Positions 9,544 to 18,488 of a stretch of DNA of 64,000 bases are shown here, in pieces (the stretch's first letter is position 1; every line of letters begins with the position of its first letter). Origin of the DNA: a virus; IMG/VR virus record IMGVR_UViG_3300012078_000128, positions 1-64,000 of that record; one strand, given 5' to 3'. Position numbers and translations under genes: made by a program. The notes under the pieces were generated by a model. The model made no database searches, had not been told where the DNA came from, and saw only the letters and a program-made list of their open reading frames with translations.

Positions 9544-9661
9544 AATTTCATCTTTCCCTAATTCCTAAATTCCGTCTTTCCCAAGGTTAGATGAAATATA
9601 TCAAGGGTTTTATACGTTAATTGAAGTCTCGATTATGGGTGAGTAGGGTGCTGTACTATGT

Positions 9662-9695
9662 AAAAACGGGGTAGTTTTCAAACTTTTCACCCCTG
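9662..9695 (-). terminator. Terminator for the minus-strand small gene
   Basis: GGGGT (9668-9672) pairs with ACCCC (9689-9693), with a T-run on the minus strand (9661-9666). Confidence 0.5.
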
Positions 9696-9706
9696 CAAAT
9701 TTAACC

Positions 9707-9853
9707 TTAATCAATGACACGATACTCATATAAAACTTCTAAAGCCTTCTCTAATTGTTCAACTGAAATTCCAGCTTCATGTGCAATAATGTGTTCTTGA
9801 TTTCTTAGTCTTTGCTCATATAGTTTAGTCTTGTCGGAAATGTCGAATAGCAT
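9707..9853 (-). CDS. Small hypothetical protein (48 aa), divergent from the XRE gene
   Basis: Own translation MLFDISDKTKLYEQRLRNQEHIIAHEAGISVEQLEKALEVLYEYRVID. SD AAGGGGAG upstream. Confidence 0.4.
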   Translation of the reverse strand: MLFDISDKTKLYEQRLRNQEHIIAHEAGISVEQLEKALEVLYEYRVID

Positions 9854-9983
9854 ATTATTTTCTCCCCTTGTCCAAAGTATCTTCAATTTGTTTTACAATA
9901 TTTTCAAAATCCTTGTTCATATTAATTCCGTCCTTTGTTGTATGGTATTGATGGTAGTTTGTACAGAAAGGTGAGTGTTATAC

Positions 9984-10391
9984 ATGGTAAAAATTATAGT
10001 TGAATTGGATGAGAAGAAGTATCAGCAAATTAGCGACACAGTAAATATGATTAATCAAAGAAACAAACTTCTTAAGAAGGAAGATCGCTACACAATTGAG
10101 CATTTCATTATTGGTTCTACAATGGATAAATTAGACCTTCTTGATAATATTGTATCTAATCAGCAGCACAATATTGATGAAAAAGTACAATTATTGAACA
10201 GTTTTAAACAAATAGCACAAGAAAAAGGTATAAAACAGGTCGATATATGTAAGAAGTTGGGCATAAGTAAGGGTTTGTTGAGCCAAATCTTCAGTAATAA
10301 GGTAAATATGAGTATGGAAACTTTTTTTAAAATATGGATTGCTCTGGAATGCCCGCCAATACAAAGTTGTTTTACCTTCAAGGAAAAATAA
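9984..10391 (+). CDS. XRE-family HTH regulator
   Basis: C-terminal KGIKQVDICKKLGISKGLLSQIFSNKVNMSMETFFKI is a typical HTH_XRE. The ATG at 9984 follows SD AAAGGTGAG. Confidence 0.7.
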   Translation: MVKIIVELDEKKYQQISDTVNMINQRNKLLKKEDRYTIEHFIIGSTMDKLDLLDNIVSNQQHNIDEKVQLLNSFKQIAQEKGIKQVDICKKLGISKGLLSQIFSNKVNMSMETFFKIWIALECPPIQSCFTFKEK

Positions 10392-10472
10392 AGGTACTAG
10401 GACAAACATCCATAAGCGTAAATTAAACTATATTAAACTATACAGAAAGAAAGTTAGAGGGGGTGAAATAAC

Positions 10473-10676
10473 ATGATTGGATCATTAATAATACTAGGTA
10501 AGGTTGCTACAGTATGCGGGGCGGGATTTGGTATTGCAACAGCATTAGAATGGTTTACAGATATAAAGGTTAAACCTGCTAAGAGTATTGTTCAACTGGG
10601 TTCAAACAACAAAGGGGGAAACGAAAATGACAATAAAATTGAACATCTCAAGCAGAGAGTTAGACAACAAGGTTAA
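10473..10676 (+). CDS. Small membrane protein (1 TM + polar tail)
   Basis: SD AGAGGGGGTG. N-terminal MIGSLIILGKVATVCGAGFGIATALEWF is hydrophobic. Confidence 0.55.
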   Translation: MIGSLIILGKVATVCGAGFGIATALEWFTDIKVKPAKSIVQLGSNNKGGNENDNKIEHLKQRVRQQG

Positions 10677-11145
10677 ACACATTCCATTTAACACGATTCA
10701 TCTTAATGAAAAAAAGAAGAAAACTGAAACTTTTATGAAAGTGAATGTAGGGGAGGTGAAAAACAACAGATTTATAAAAGCAGGCGCGTTAGTATCAGGT
10801 TTAACTATGTCAATGTTACCCAAAGTTGCACATGGAGAAGCTATAGAGACAACAGAAAATGTACAACAAACAATAACTCCAGCAGAAGTATTAGAGTATG
10901 GATTAACAATAGGGAAAATGGGGGTTGGCATAGCAGTAGGAATGTCGATAGTAATGCTCACATTCACAGGAATATTAATGATGCTGAAACAGAAACAAAA
11001 AAGCAAAGAATGGACTTCAGACATTATAAAAGGACTTGTTCACTGTTTAGTTGCTATTCCAGTCGTATTCGCGATTTATTACATTTCAACAAGCCTTTTC
11101 GGAAGCATAGATTTCACAAATCCAACATTCTTAAATACACCCTAA
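10627..11145 (+). CDS. Membrane protein with long leader, signal-like segment and two TM helices (VirB2/TrbC-like topology only)
   Basis: The ATG at 10627 lies 7 nt after SD AAAGGGGGA. FIKAGALVSGLTMSMLPKVAHG-EA is signal-like, followed by two hydrophobic helices separated by KQKQKSKEW. Confidence 0.5.
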   Translation: MTIKLNISSRELDNKVKHIPFNTIHLNEKKKKTETFMKVNVGEVKNNRFIKAGALVSGLTMSMLPKVAHGEAIETTENVQQTITPAEVLEYGLTIGKMGVGIAVGMSIVMLTFTGILMMLKQKQKSKEWTSDIIKGLVHCLVAIPVVFAIYYISTSLFGSIDFTNPTFLNTP

Positions 11146-12260
11146 TCCCCTTCACAGCCATATCTTCATTTACCTTATCCTCTATAACTAATAACGCCTA
11201 TGCAGCATCAGAAAGAAAGTTTTTACAAAAGAATATTGATACTTATAAATCTGACAATAGCTTTATAAATGAGATGAAAAATATTTCAGTTAGCTTTAGA
11301 GAGATTGGAGACAAGTTAAATGGTCTAACAGAATGGTTCAAGCATTTACCAAAGACTATTGAGCAAGGAAGCATGGATCTGATATCTAGTATCTATTCTC
11401 TAGTTGGAAATTTAATACTTAAGACACCTTTGTGGATTTTCGACAATCAATGGTTCAACAATAATACTTATTTATTTAGCATGGTATCTGTAGGGATTGT
11501 TACAGTATTAACTACAATTGAAGGTATTAAGAGGATGCTAAATAAGAAACATGTAAATTTAAAAACAATAATGAAACGTTGGTTTTGGGTAGCTGGACTG
11601 AATACAATTATTCCATTTTTGTTCATTAATACTTTCAGATTATTAAATTGGTTATCAGACAAAATTATAAACTTGAATGGAAATATAATTAAGAACACTG
11701 CTCAGAATGCAACAGCACCTTTCGACTTATTTGTAATGGTTATATTTAGCTTAGTGTTAGTCGGAATTACAATTCCTACATTAATGACAAACAGCCGCAG
11801 ATTCTTCGATCTCATTACATTAGGTATCATAAGTCCGTTGGCGATGACAGCATACATTTTCGATCCATATAAACATTTGTTTACTCAATGGTGGTCAAGT
11901 GTGAAACACCTATCTATGGTTCAGGTTATATATGCTTTCTACTTAATGATTATAGGCTTATTAATTTATGGTATCCCTACACCTGATGACACAATGGGAG
12001 TAGTTTTTAAATTCCTTCTAGTTATTGGAGGCTTTATGAGGCTGATGAATCCTCCTCAGTTTATGAATAAACATCTAGACGGTAGTGGAAGTATTACTGA
12101 TGAATTTGGTAGAGCCAAAAAAACTAAAAAGAGTATCATTGGTAAATTTAGGGAGAGCGTGAAGGTTGTTAAAAATCCAATTAACGCTGTGAAATTCTTA
12201 TCTAAAGGAAAGCAACATAAAGTAGTAACAGGTAATACAAGGATGGACAGATATCATTAA
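11010..12260 (+). CDS. Polytopic membrane protein (VirB6/TrbL-like topology only); start unresolved
   Basis: Signal-peptide-like RKHRFHKSNILKYTLIPFTAISSFTLSSITNNAYA-AS, then at least 5 hydrophobic helices. The only canonical in-frame start (11010) has no SD and overlaps the upstream gene by 136 nt. Confidence 0.5.
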   Translation: MDFRHYKRTCSLFSCYSSRIRDLLHFNKPFRKHRFHKSNILKYTLIPFTAISSFTLSSITNNAYAASERKFLQKNIDTYKSDNSFINEMKNISVSFREIGDKLNGLTEWFKHLPKTIEQGSMDLISSIYSLVGNLILKTPLWIFDNQWFNNNTYLFSMVSVGIVTVLTTIEGIKRMLNKKHVNLKTIMKRWFWVAGLNTIIPFLFINTFRLLNWLSDKIINLNGNIIKNTAQNATAPFDLFVMVIFSLVLVGITIPTLMTNSRRFFDLITLGIISPLAMTAYIFDPYKHLFTQWWSSVKHLSMVQVIYAFYLMIIGLLIYGIPTPDDTMGVVFKFLLVIGGFMRLMNPPQFMNKHLDGSGSITDEFGRAKKTKKSIIGKFRESVKVVKNPINAVKFLSKGKQHKVVTGNTRMDRYH

Positions 12261-12272
12261 GGGGTGAAGAAT

Positions 12273-14450
12273 ATGCTTAACCTTACAATGGAGCACGAAG
12301 AAATAAGTATGGAAGAACGTATGTCAAAAGATTTTTTCGGCGTGCAATATGTGGTTACTAAAGATGGATTAAAAAGTTCAAATTATACCCCATCCCTTAT
12401 AGACAGGGGATGGTTAAGAATGGGATCAGAAGACAACGGATTCAAGTTTACTATGGCTGAAGCTAAATTAGTTAGACCGTATTTCATGCCAATTAGATGC
12501 GATGCTAAAGGATTCTTCATTGAGTACTTGGAAGAGTTGTCTAATGTGCTATATGAGGAAGATGAATACATTACATTTGCGTTCTCATTTCATAAAAAAA
12601 CAAAGTGGAGAGAACAAGCTATAGAGATGTATCAAAGCTATCTTAATGGTGTTGATTATCCGATGGGTAATAAGTATTTCAGACACCTACAGGAAAGTAT
12701 CTTAAATGTGAAGAACAACATACTTAGTAACACAAGTGAACGGGAGTACTCTCAAGATATTGAAGATAAGATTCTCGACAATGGATATAGTATGAATTTT
12801 ATCATCCAGATATATTCAGATAGATGTGATGAACTGATTGATTTGGTGCAATCTATATTTGATCAATATGCTTATTATAATGGGATTAAGATAGGAAATT
12901 GTCCAAAAAGAAACATCCACTACTTTGAGGATAAAAACCAAATCATGAGCAAACAAGAAATATTGTCTTTACTAAGTACTGATTCTGCAATTGCAAGTAC
13001 AGAAGTGAGTGAGAAGAAATCTTTGAGTATAGTTAGTAGTGGAAGCAAGCTTAACGTTGAAATATTGCCCGAAATTGAAGGGAACGTCCCAATTAAGATT
13101 GATGATACATTGGAATGTAAACTGGCTGAAGCGATGAAACGTGTAGGACTGATTAAACAAGCAAGATTATATAACAGTAGTATAAATAGTGGATCAAGAT
13201 TAGTTGTTGTTCAATGTGATGTACCTACTGGTAAGAATTATAGCGATGTAGAAAAGAAGAAGAAAGATATTAGAGTGGCTTTAGGAGTGAAATCATTAGG
13301 TATAGAACAAGGAGAAGCTGCCAACACAATTAAGTTTAGCATTCCACACAATGATCATAGAATTATCTCACTGAGAGAAATGGTGCTAATGGAAGAATGG
13401 GAGAAATTTAGAGAGAAAAATGCATTGAGTTTTGTTTGTGGCATGGATGAGTTAGATAGTCCCGTATTTCTAAGTCTAAGAAAGCTAGCGCATTTACTTG
13501 TAGCAGGAACAACTGGAAGTGGGAAAAGTGTATTCCTAAATCAGATGATATATACGCTGTTAAGTAACCATAGACCAGATGAATTACAGATGTTCTTGAT
13601 TGATCCTAAGAAGATTGAGTTTATGGATTATGAAGGTTTCCCACAAGTACAGAAGGTTGTAACTGACATGAATGAGGCAGGTAATATATGTACTTCGTTA
13701 GTTCTAGAGATGGAAGAAAGATACGATAAGATGAGTAAATTAAGTTGTAGAGAGATTGATGATTATAATACCAAGAGTAAAGATAAGATGCCTTATATTG
13801 TATTTGTAGTCGATGAATTTGCTGATTTAATGACTGTTGCGAGTAAAAGTATAGAAGAATCAATAATGAGACTGGGGCAGAAGGCAAGAGCCTGTGGTAT
13901 ACATTTAATTATTGCTACACAGAGACCAAGTGCTGATATATTAAGTGGAACAATTAAGGCTAATATACAAAATGCTATTAGCTTTAACTTGGGAAGCAAT
14001 AGAAATTATAGAACTGTATTTGATGAGAGTATTCCATTTGATTCACTTCTAGGCATGGGAGATGGTGTTGCGAGAATTGAAAGGTGGAAGAAAGATTTTC
14101 AACGTTTTCAAAGTCCTACTATTCATACTAATAATGATGTTGTATTGGATGCGATAGAAAAGCTAAAGGAATATTACAGTGGATTGGGTAGTGTTGAAAT
14201 GATTGATACACTAGATATAGTTGAAGAGGTTAGTTTAATTGATGAATTGAAGATGATTATTGCTGATACAGGAGAAACTAGAGTAGGCGAGTTAAGGAAG
14301 TTAATGGGGATTAAATCAGAGACAATCGGTGAGTTAATGAGTGAACTGACTAAAGAGGGATGGTTAATGAAGCATAAGAGTAGATCAAAAGGTTATGAGT
14401 TGATTATAAAACAAGATGAATTGGATAAGTGGAAAAATAAGCGTATATAA
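12273..14450 (+). CDS. FtsK/SpoIIIE-family DNA translocase-like ATPase, soluble, with C-terminal winged helix
   Basis: Walker A VAGTTGSGKSVF, Walker B VVDEFADL, ATQRPS motif, and a gamma-like wHTH (ETRVGELRKLMGIKSETIGELMSELTKEGWL). No N-terminal TM segments. The ATG at 12273 follows SD AAGGGG. Confidence 0.85.
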   Translation: MLNLTMEHEEISMEERMSKDFFGVQYVVTKDGLKSSNYTPSLIDRGWLRMGSEDNGFKFTMAEAKLVRPYFMPIRCDAKGFFIEYLEELSNVLYEEDEYITFAFSFHKKTKWREQAIEMYQSYLNGVDYPMGNKYFRHLQESILNVKNNILSNTSEREYSQDIEDKILDNGYSMNFIIQIYSDRCDELIDLVQSIFDQYAYYNGIKIGNCPKRNIHYFEDKNQIMSKQEILSLLSTDSAIASTEVSEKKSLSIVSSGSKLNVEILPEIEGNVPIKIDDTLECKLAEAMKRVGLIKQARLYNSSINSGSRLVVVQCDVPTGKNYSDVEKKKKDIRVALGVKSLGIEQGEAANTIKFSIPHNDHRIISLREMVLMEEWEKFREKNALSFVCGMDELDSPVFLSLRKLAHLLVAGTTGSGKSVFLNQMIYTLLSNHRPDELQMFLIDPKKIEFMDYEGFPQVQKVVTDMNEAGNICTSLVLEMEERYDKMSKLSCREIDDYNTKSKDKMPYIVFVVDEFADLMTVASKSIEESIMRLGQKARACGIHLIIATQRPSADILSGTIKANIQNAISFNLGSNRNYRTVFDESIPFDSLLGMGDGVARIERWKKDFQRFQSPTIHTNNDVVLDAIEKLKEYYSGLGSVEMIDTLDIVEEVSLIDELKMIIADTGETRVGELRKLMGIKSETIGELMSELTKEGWLMKHKSRSKGYELIIKQDELDKWKNKRI

Positions 14451-16086
14451 TATATAGAGTGTGGCTATAATGGAGATACAGCATTGGTATTATTCAAAAG
14501 AATCCCCCCCTCCTATATAGTTTATATAACTGATTAACATGTTGGATATCTGTGAAAGCAGACAATCCTATGTGTTATTTTTTTATCCATAAAACATCGA
14601 GAACGATTTTAAGAGGTTTCATGAGAAAATAAAAGAAATTGGATTATATATAGATGAAATATGGGTTAGAGTGACTTAAATTGGTTGCTTTGACCCATAT
14701 TTTTGTTGGGTTATCGTAAAAGTAGCATAACATTGAGATTTAAGAATGAAAAACAATAAAAGATAGAGAACATGATGAAAATATTTAAAGATGTGGAGTG
14801 TTAAAACGCAGGAGAAATAGTGGTTTGTATCGCAAGCACACGATACGGAAAACGATACAAATAAAGTGAAAAATGGTCTACTGCAAGATAGTCAGCTAGG
14901 CAGTATATCAACCTATAATATGGAAGTTGTTGATGTTTTTATGCCCCCCATAATGACCGAATAATATATGTTATACAGTCATTTATAAATATCTATCTAT
15001 ACAGGGCACACCTTTGCCAACTAACACAGATTTGTAAGAGTGGGGGGAATACGATGCAAGTGTTCGCTTGCATATAATAATCGCATGACAAGAAGGACTC
15101 TAGCTGAAAGTATTACATATCATTCATATCACCAACATCATCATACCTATCTAACTCACATCCTCATACCACCACATCAACATAATACAATATACGAATC
15201 TGTATATCGTATATCCATAATCTACATAACTCCTTTTCTCTATCATCATGTCTGCTATCCTTTGTATATCTAACATCACCTACACAAACACTTCACATAG
15301 TCTATATACTCAAATCTTCTCATATAACATACATAAGGAACTTTTCTTTCTCTCTATACAATCATACTAGGCAACCTGATATGAAGTCTCTAAGCGTCTC
15401 TAAGCAATCCATTTTTCAAATATCAAATATCAAAACTTCATAACAAAAGAATATATAATATATAAATCCAATAATATTCTCTAACACTAGACTGTGTTGT
15501 AAAAAAGTATACTCAAATATAAACAATGTGAAGGCTAACATAATATCATGACTAACCAATATGTAAACCAACGATCCGAATCAACTCAGAACTCAATTAA
15601 ACAAGCACTAACTATATCTTTAATTAATAAAGGAAACATCATCTGAACTTAGTGAAGCAGTACAGAACGCTACTGAATCCAAACTATCCGACATTACAGA
15701 CATAATAGACATCATGCCATATATCGAATATCCATAAAATAAATAATCAAAAATTAAAAATAGATAATGGTATATTCTTTTTTCATTTTCAAGTATTCCT
15801 TTAATTATCTAATGTAAATCTATATAGATCTGCATCATCGTCATAACTACACGTCACACACTAATCAACCACACAATATATACTAGACTAACACACACTA
15901 ATCAAAGCATGTGTCACACTATGCACATGTCATCAATGCATATGCTATACACACATCACATACAAACATATAAGCTATGCTATATACCATGCTAGGTCAT
16001 CTTACTATCATACATAAGCCACACTAATACTTTATACTAACAAACAAAATAACCAAAAGAAAATATATAATATATGAATATAATAC

Positions 16087-16115
16087 TTGTAATATGTTAC
16101 CAATCATGTTATACT
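16087..16115 (+). promoter_or_regulatory. Candidate promoter for the toxin-like peptide
   Basis: TTGTAA (16087-16092), 17-nt spacer, TATACT (16110-16115). Confidence 0.35.
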
Positions 16116-16252
16116 TAGTATAGAAAGTAAGGGGGTTAAGTACATAAGAAAGAAGCACTAGCAGTAATACATATGTTTAAAATAAGTAACAACAATGTAA
16201 CTAATACATAACTAGTGTGTACCGTATCACCTGAAAAGGAGGTGACAAAGTA

Positions 16253-16423
16253 ATGGGAACTGAAATGATTATGCAAATCCTTGTTCTTTCAACTGCTGTA
16301 ATCAATTTGATTGTTGCGATTATTACCTTAATCACAGCACTACAAAGTAAGCAGAAAAAGAAAAAACCTTCTTCTAAATCGTCACGCACGACGAAAAAGA
16401 AAAAGGCTAATCAAAAGAAATAA
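16253..16423 (+). CDS. Type-I-toxin-like small membrane peptide (56 aa: TM helix + Lys-rich tail)
   Basis: Own translation MGTEMIMQILVLSTAVINLIVAIITLITALQSKQKKKKPSSKSSRTTKKKKANQKK. Strong SD AAAAGGAGGTGA 8 nt upstream; terminator immediately downstream. Confidence 0.6.
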   Translation: MGTEMIMQILVLSTAVINLIVAIITLITALQSKQKKKKPSSKSSRTTKKKKANQKK

Positions 16424-16428
16424 ACGGT

Positions 16429-16450
16429 GAAAGGGAAGCAATTCCCTTTC
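16429..16450. terminator. Hairpin terminator
   Basis: GAAAGGGAA (16429-16437) pairs with TTCCCTTTC (16442-16450). Confidence 0.6.
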
Positions 16451-16513
16451 ATAATGTTATACTATGTATCATATCAGTTTAATTCAGAAAAAACAAGAGA
16501 GTAGGTGTTATGT

Positions 16514-16597
16514 ATGATGACAGCCACAATTATCATTTCAGTATTAGGTTTGATTATTTCTTTAGTAGCTTTAGGAATAACCTTGAAGAATAAGTAA
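16514..16597 (+). CDS. Small hydrophobic peptide (27 aa)
   Basis: Own translation MMTATIIISVLGLIISLVALGITLKNK, after AGAGAGTAGGTG. Confidence 0.4.
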   Translation: MMTATIIISVLGLIISLVALGITLKNK

Positions 16598-16668
16598 GCG
16601 AAAACAAAACGTTATGTTCAACACATAATAAAGCGAACTTAAAAGGAAATATTAATTTTAAAACATTA

Positions 16669-16911
16669 TTGCTAGCATTATCACTATTCACTCAACCCAC
16701 TGAATCGGAAACATTAACATGCAAGGTTCAGCCTCTATCGGATTACGGTTTCATACAGGTTAGTAATTGTCCTGAATATGTTTGTGCCAATCCACTCAAT
16801 AAAGCAGACTTCATTGTAATTGAAGACACTAACAACGATTATAAATTAAACGATACTCTTTTCGCTATGTTAAACGAACATGGAGAAGTTAACCACTTAA
16901 TCAAAAGGTAA
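16669..16911 (+). CDS. Hypothetical protein
   Basis: ORF track. TTG start with a weak, distant SD. Confidence 0.3.
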   Translation: MLALSLFTQPTESETLTCKVQPLSDYGFIQVSNCPEYVCANPLNKADFIVIEDTNNDYKLNDTLFAMLNEHGEVNHLIKR

Positions 16912-16948
16912 TTTTAAAATAAAAAATGCAAAAAGGAGATGATATAGT

Positions 16949-17311
16949 ATGCCTGTTAACCTAACTAAGCAATCAACACCAACAAACATTATTATCCATC
17001 ATTCAATCAATGGATCCCAAGACATAGCATATTCTGTGCGCTTGTCTAATTCTTTTCTATATCTCCACACTTCAAAAGGTTTTAATCTATATGAATCAAA
17101 TTACAATGCATCCATTAAAACGGTACTCGATTTACTTAATAATGATATTCTAACTGACAACACAACGAACATCATCATTAAACATTATGAGTACGACAGG
17201 TTGTATTACAAAGAATCATTCAGCATTTTAGAGTGGTTGTATAATAATAAAGAAAATATTAATAATATAATAATTTCGTTAAATACGAAAACTAAATTAA
17301 TTACTAATTAG
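16949..17311 (+). CDS. Hypothetical protein
   Basis: ORF track. SD AAAGGAGATG upstream. Confidence 0.6.
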   Translation: MPVNLTKQSTPTNIIIHHSINGSQDIAYSVRLSNSFLYLHTSKGFNLYESNYNASIKTVLDLLNNDILTDNTTNIIIKHYEYDRLYYKESFSILEWLYNNKENINNIIISLNTKTKLITN

Positions 17312-17322
17312 GGAGGCTTATT

Positions 17323-17439
17323 ATGTTGAGTAACATTCTGAATAAATTAGAACTCAAGTTGGATAGAGCCGATGTATTTTGGATTAGCTTTTTCGGAATA
17401 TCACTGGCACTTTTGTATCTTGTTTTAATTATAAGATAA
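17323..17439 (+). CDS. Small membrane peptide (38 aa)
   Basis: Own translation MLSNILNKLELKLDRADVFWISFFGISLALLYLVLIIR. SD GGGAGG 6 nt upstream. Confidence 0.5.
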   Translation: MLSNILNKLELKLDRADVFWISFFGISLALLYLVLIIR

Positions 17440-17579
17440 TAAATATTAGTTAATTTATATTAAATCTTACTTGTAAAGTTAATATGGTATAACAATCACA
17501 CATAAACAATAAGCAGAACTCTTTGGGTCAGTGTATTAATCTCAAACGTTAACTAAAATCATATTAAGGTCGTGACAAA

Positions 17580-18002
17580 TTGGATGCGTTAAAACTAAAA
17601 TATAAATATTTTATTTTGACACTCGGCAAAAGAGATTATAACGCAATTAGGGAATCATCCTTAAAAATTAAAAGTAATTTATCTTTTAGTAATATAAAAA
17701 TGCTTAAAAATGATAAAATGCTATTCAATGGGGAAATTGACGATAATACCATTATTCACTATGAATATGATTCAGACGGCTTATCGGGCAGAGTATACGT
17801 CAATGTAGATTTCAGATGGAATATTGAAGATTCAAAACTGGATGCGTGGTATACTCTACACGTAGAATATAACAATGAGTATATAAGAGACATACTGATT
17901 GAAATAGGACGGGAACAGTATTTAATTAGGTTAGTGGATAAGGTGCTTAAACAGGCTGCAATTGATTTTAAGGAGTATGACGAACAAGTAACAGTATTCT
18001 AA
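17580..18002 (+). CDS. Hypothetical protein
   Basis: ORF track. TTG start with a weak SD (AAGGT). Confidence 0.45.
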   Translation: MDALKLKYKYFILTLGKRDYNAIRESSLKIKSNLSFSNIKMLKNDKMLFNGEIDDNTIIHYEYDSDGLSGRVYVNVDFRWNIEDSKLDAWYTLHVEYNNEYIRDILIEIGREQYLIRLVDKVLKQAAIDFKEYDEQVTVF

Positions 18003-18080
18003 AAAGTGTTAATTTCTAAAAGAGTACTTTAAAATTGCTTTATATCGGTTATTTGGATGTAAGTTTAAGGAGGAATTGAA

Positions 18081-18488
18081 ATGAATAAAGATAAACAATA
18101 TGTTAAAAAGGTAGAAGGTATTCTTAATAAGGTTAATTTTGAAGAATTAAATCAAGAACCAAAGAAAGAACTGCTTAAAAATGAATTCCACAAGGCATTT
18201 TTAGAAATTTACAGGAAAGAATCTATTGAAGCTTCTGATTGCGTTAAAAACGAAGGGTTTGCTTTTATTCCTGCTCTAATTAAAGACTCAGAATGCAGGG
18301 AATATGTCGGTCTATTGGATGTATGTGTTCAAGATTCTGGAGAGCTGTATGGTGTTACGGTAGTTACAACAGACGGAGTTAAAACTCAAAACGAATCAGG
18401 AGACTTTAATAATTTCATCACTTTCCCATATCAGTATAAGCCACTGATTGAAATAATTGGAGACATTCATACTTCAGCATACTATTAA
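18081..18488 (+). CDS. Hypothetical protein
   Basis: ORF track. Strong SD TAAGGAGGA. Confidence 0.65.
   Translation: MNKDKQYVKKVEGILNKVNFEELNQEPKKELLKNEFHKAFLEIYRKESIEASDCVKNEGFAFIPALIKDSECREYVGLLDVCVQDSGELYGVTVVTTDGVKTQNESGDFNNFITFPYQYKPLIEIIGDIHTSAYY

Noticed and set aside
10747-10757. Strong SD-like TAGGGGAGGTG inside the second membrane-protein gene as an internal start signal
   Set aside because: There is no in-frame start codon at usable spacing downstream of it. The ATG at 10627 with AAAGGGGGA is a better-supported start.
15040-15273. 77-aa plus-strand ORF (His/Tyr/Thr/Ile-rich) inside the ORF-free region
   Set aside because: GTG start without an SD. The low-complexity composition simply mirrors the G-depleted DNA, and there is no domain-like pattern. 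Treated as non-coding.
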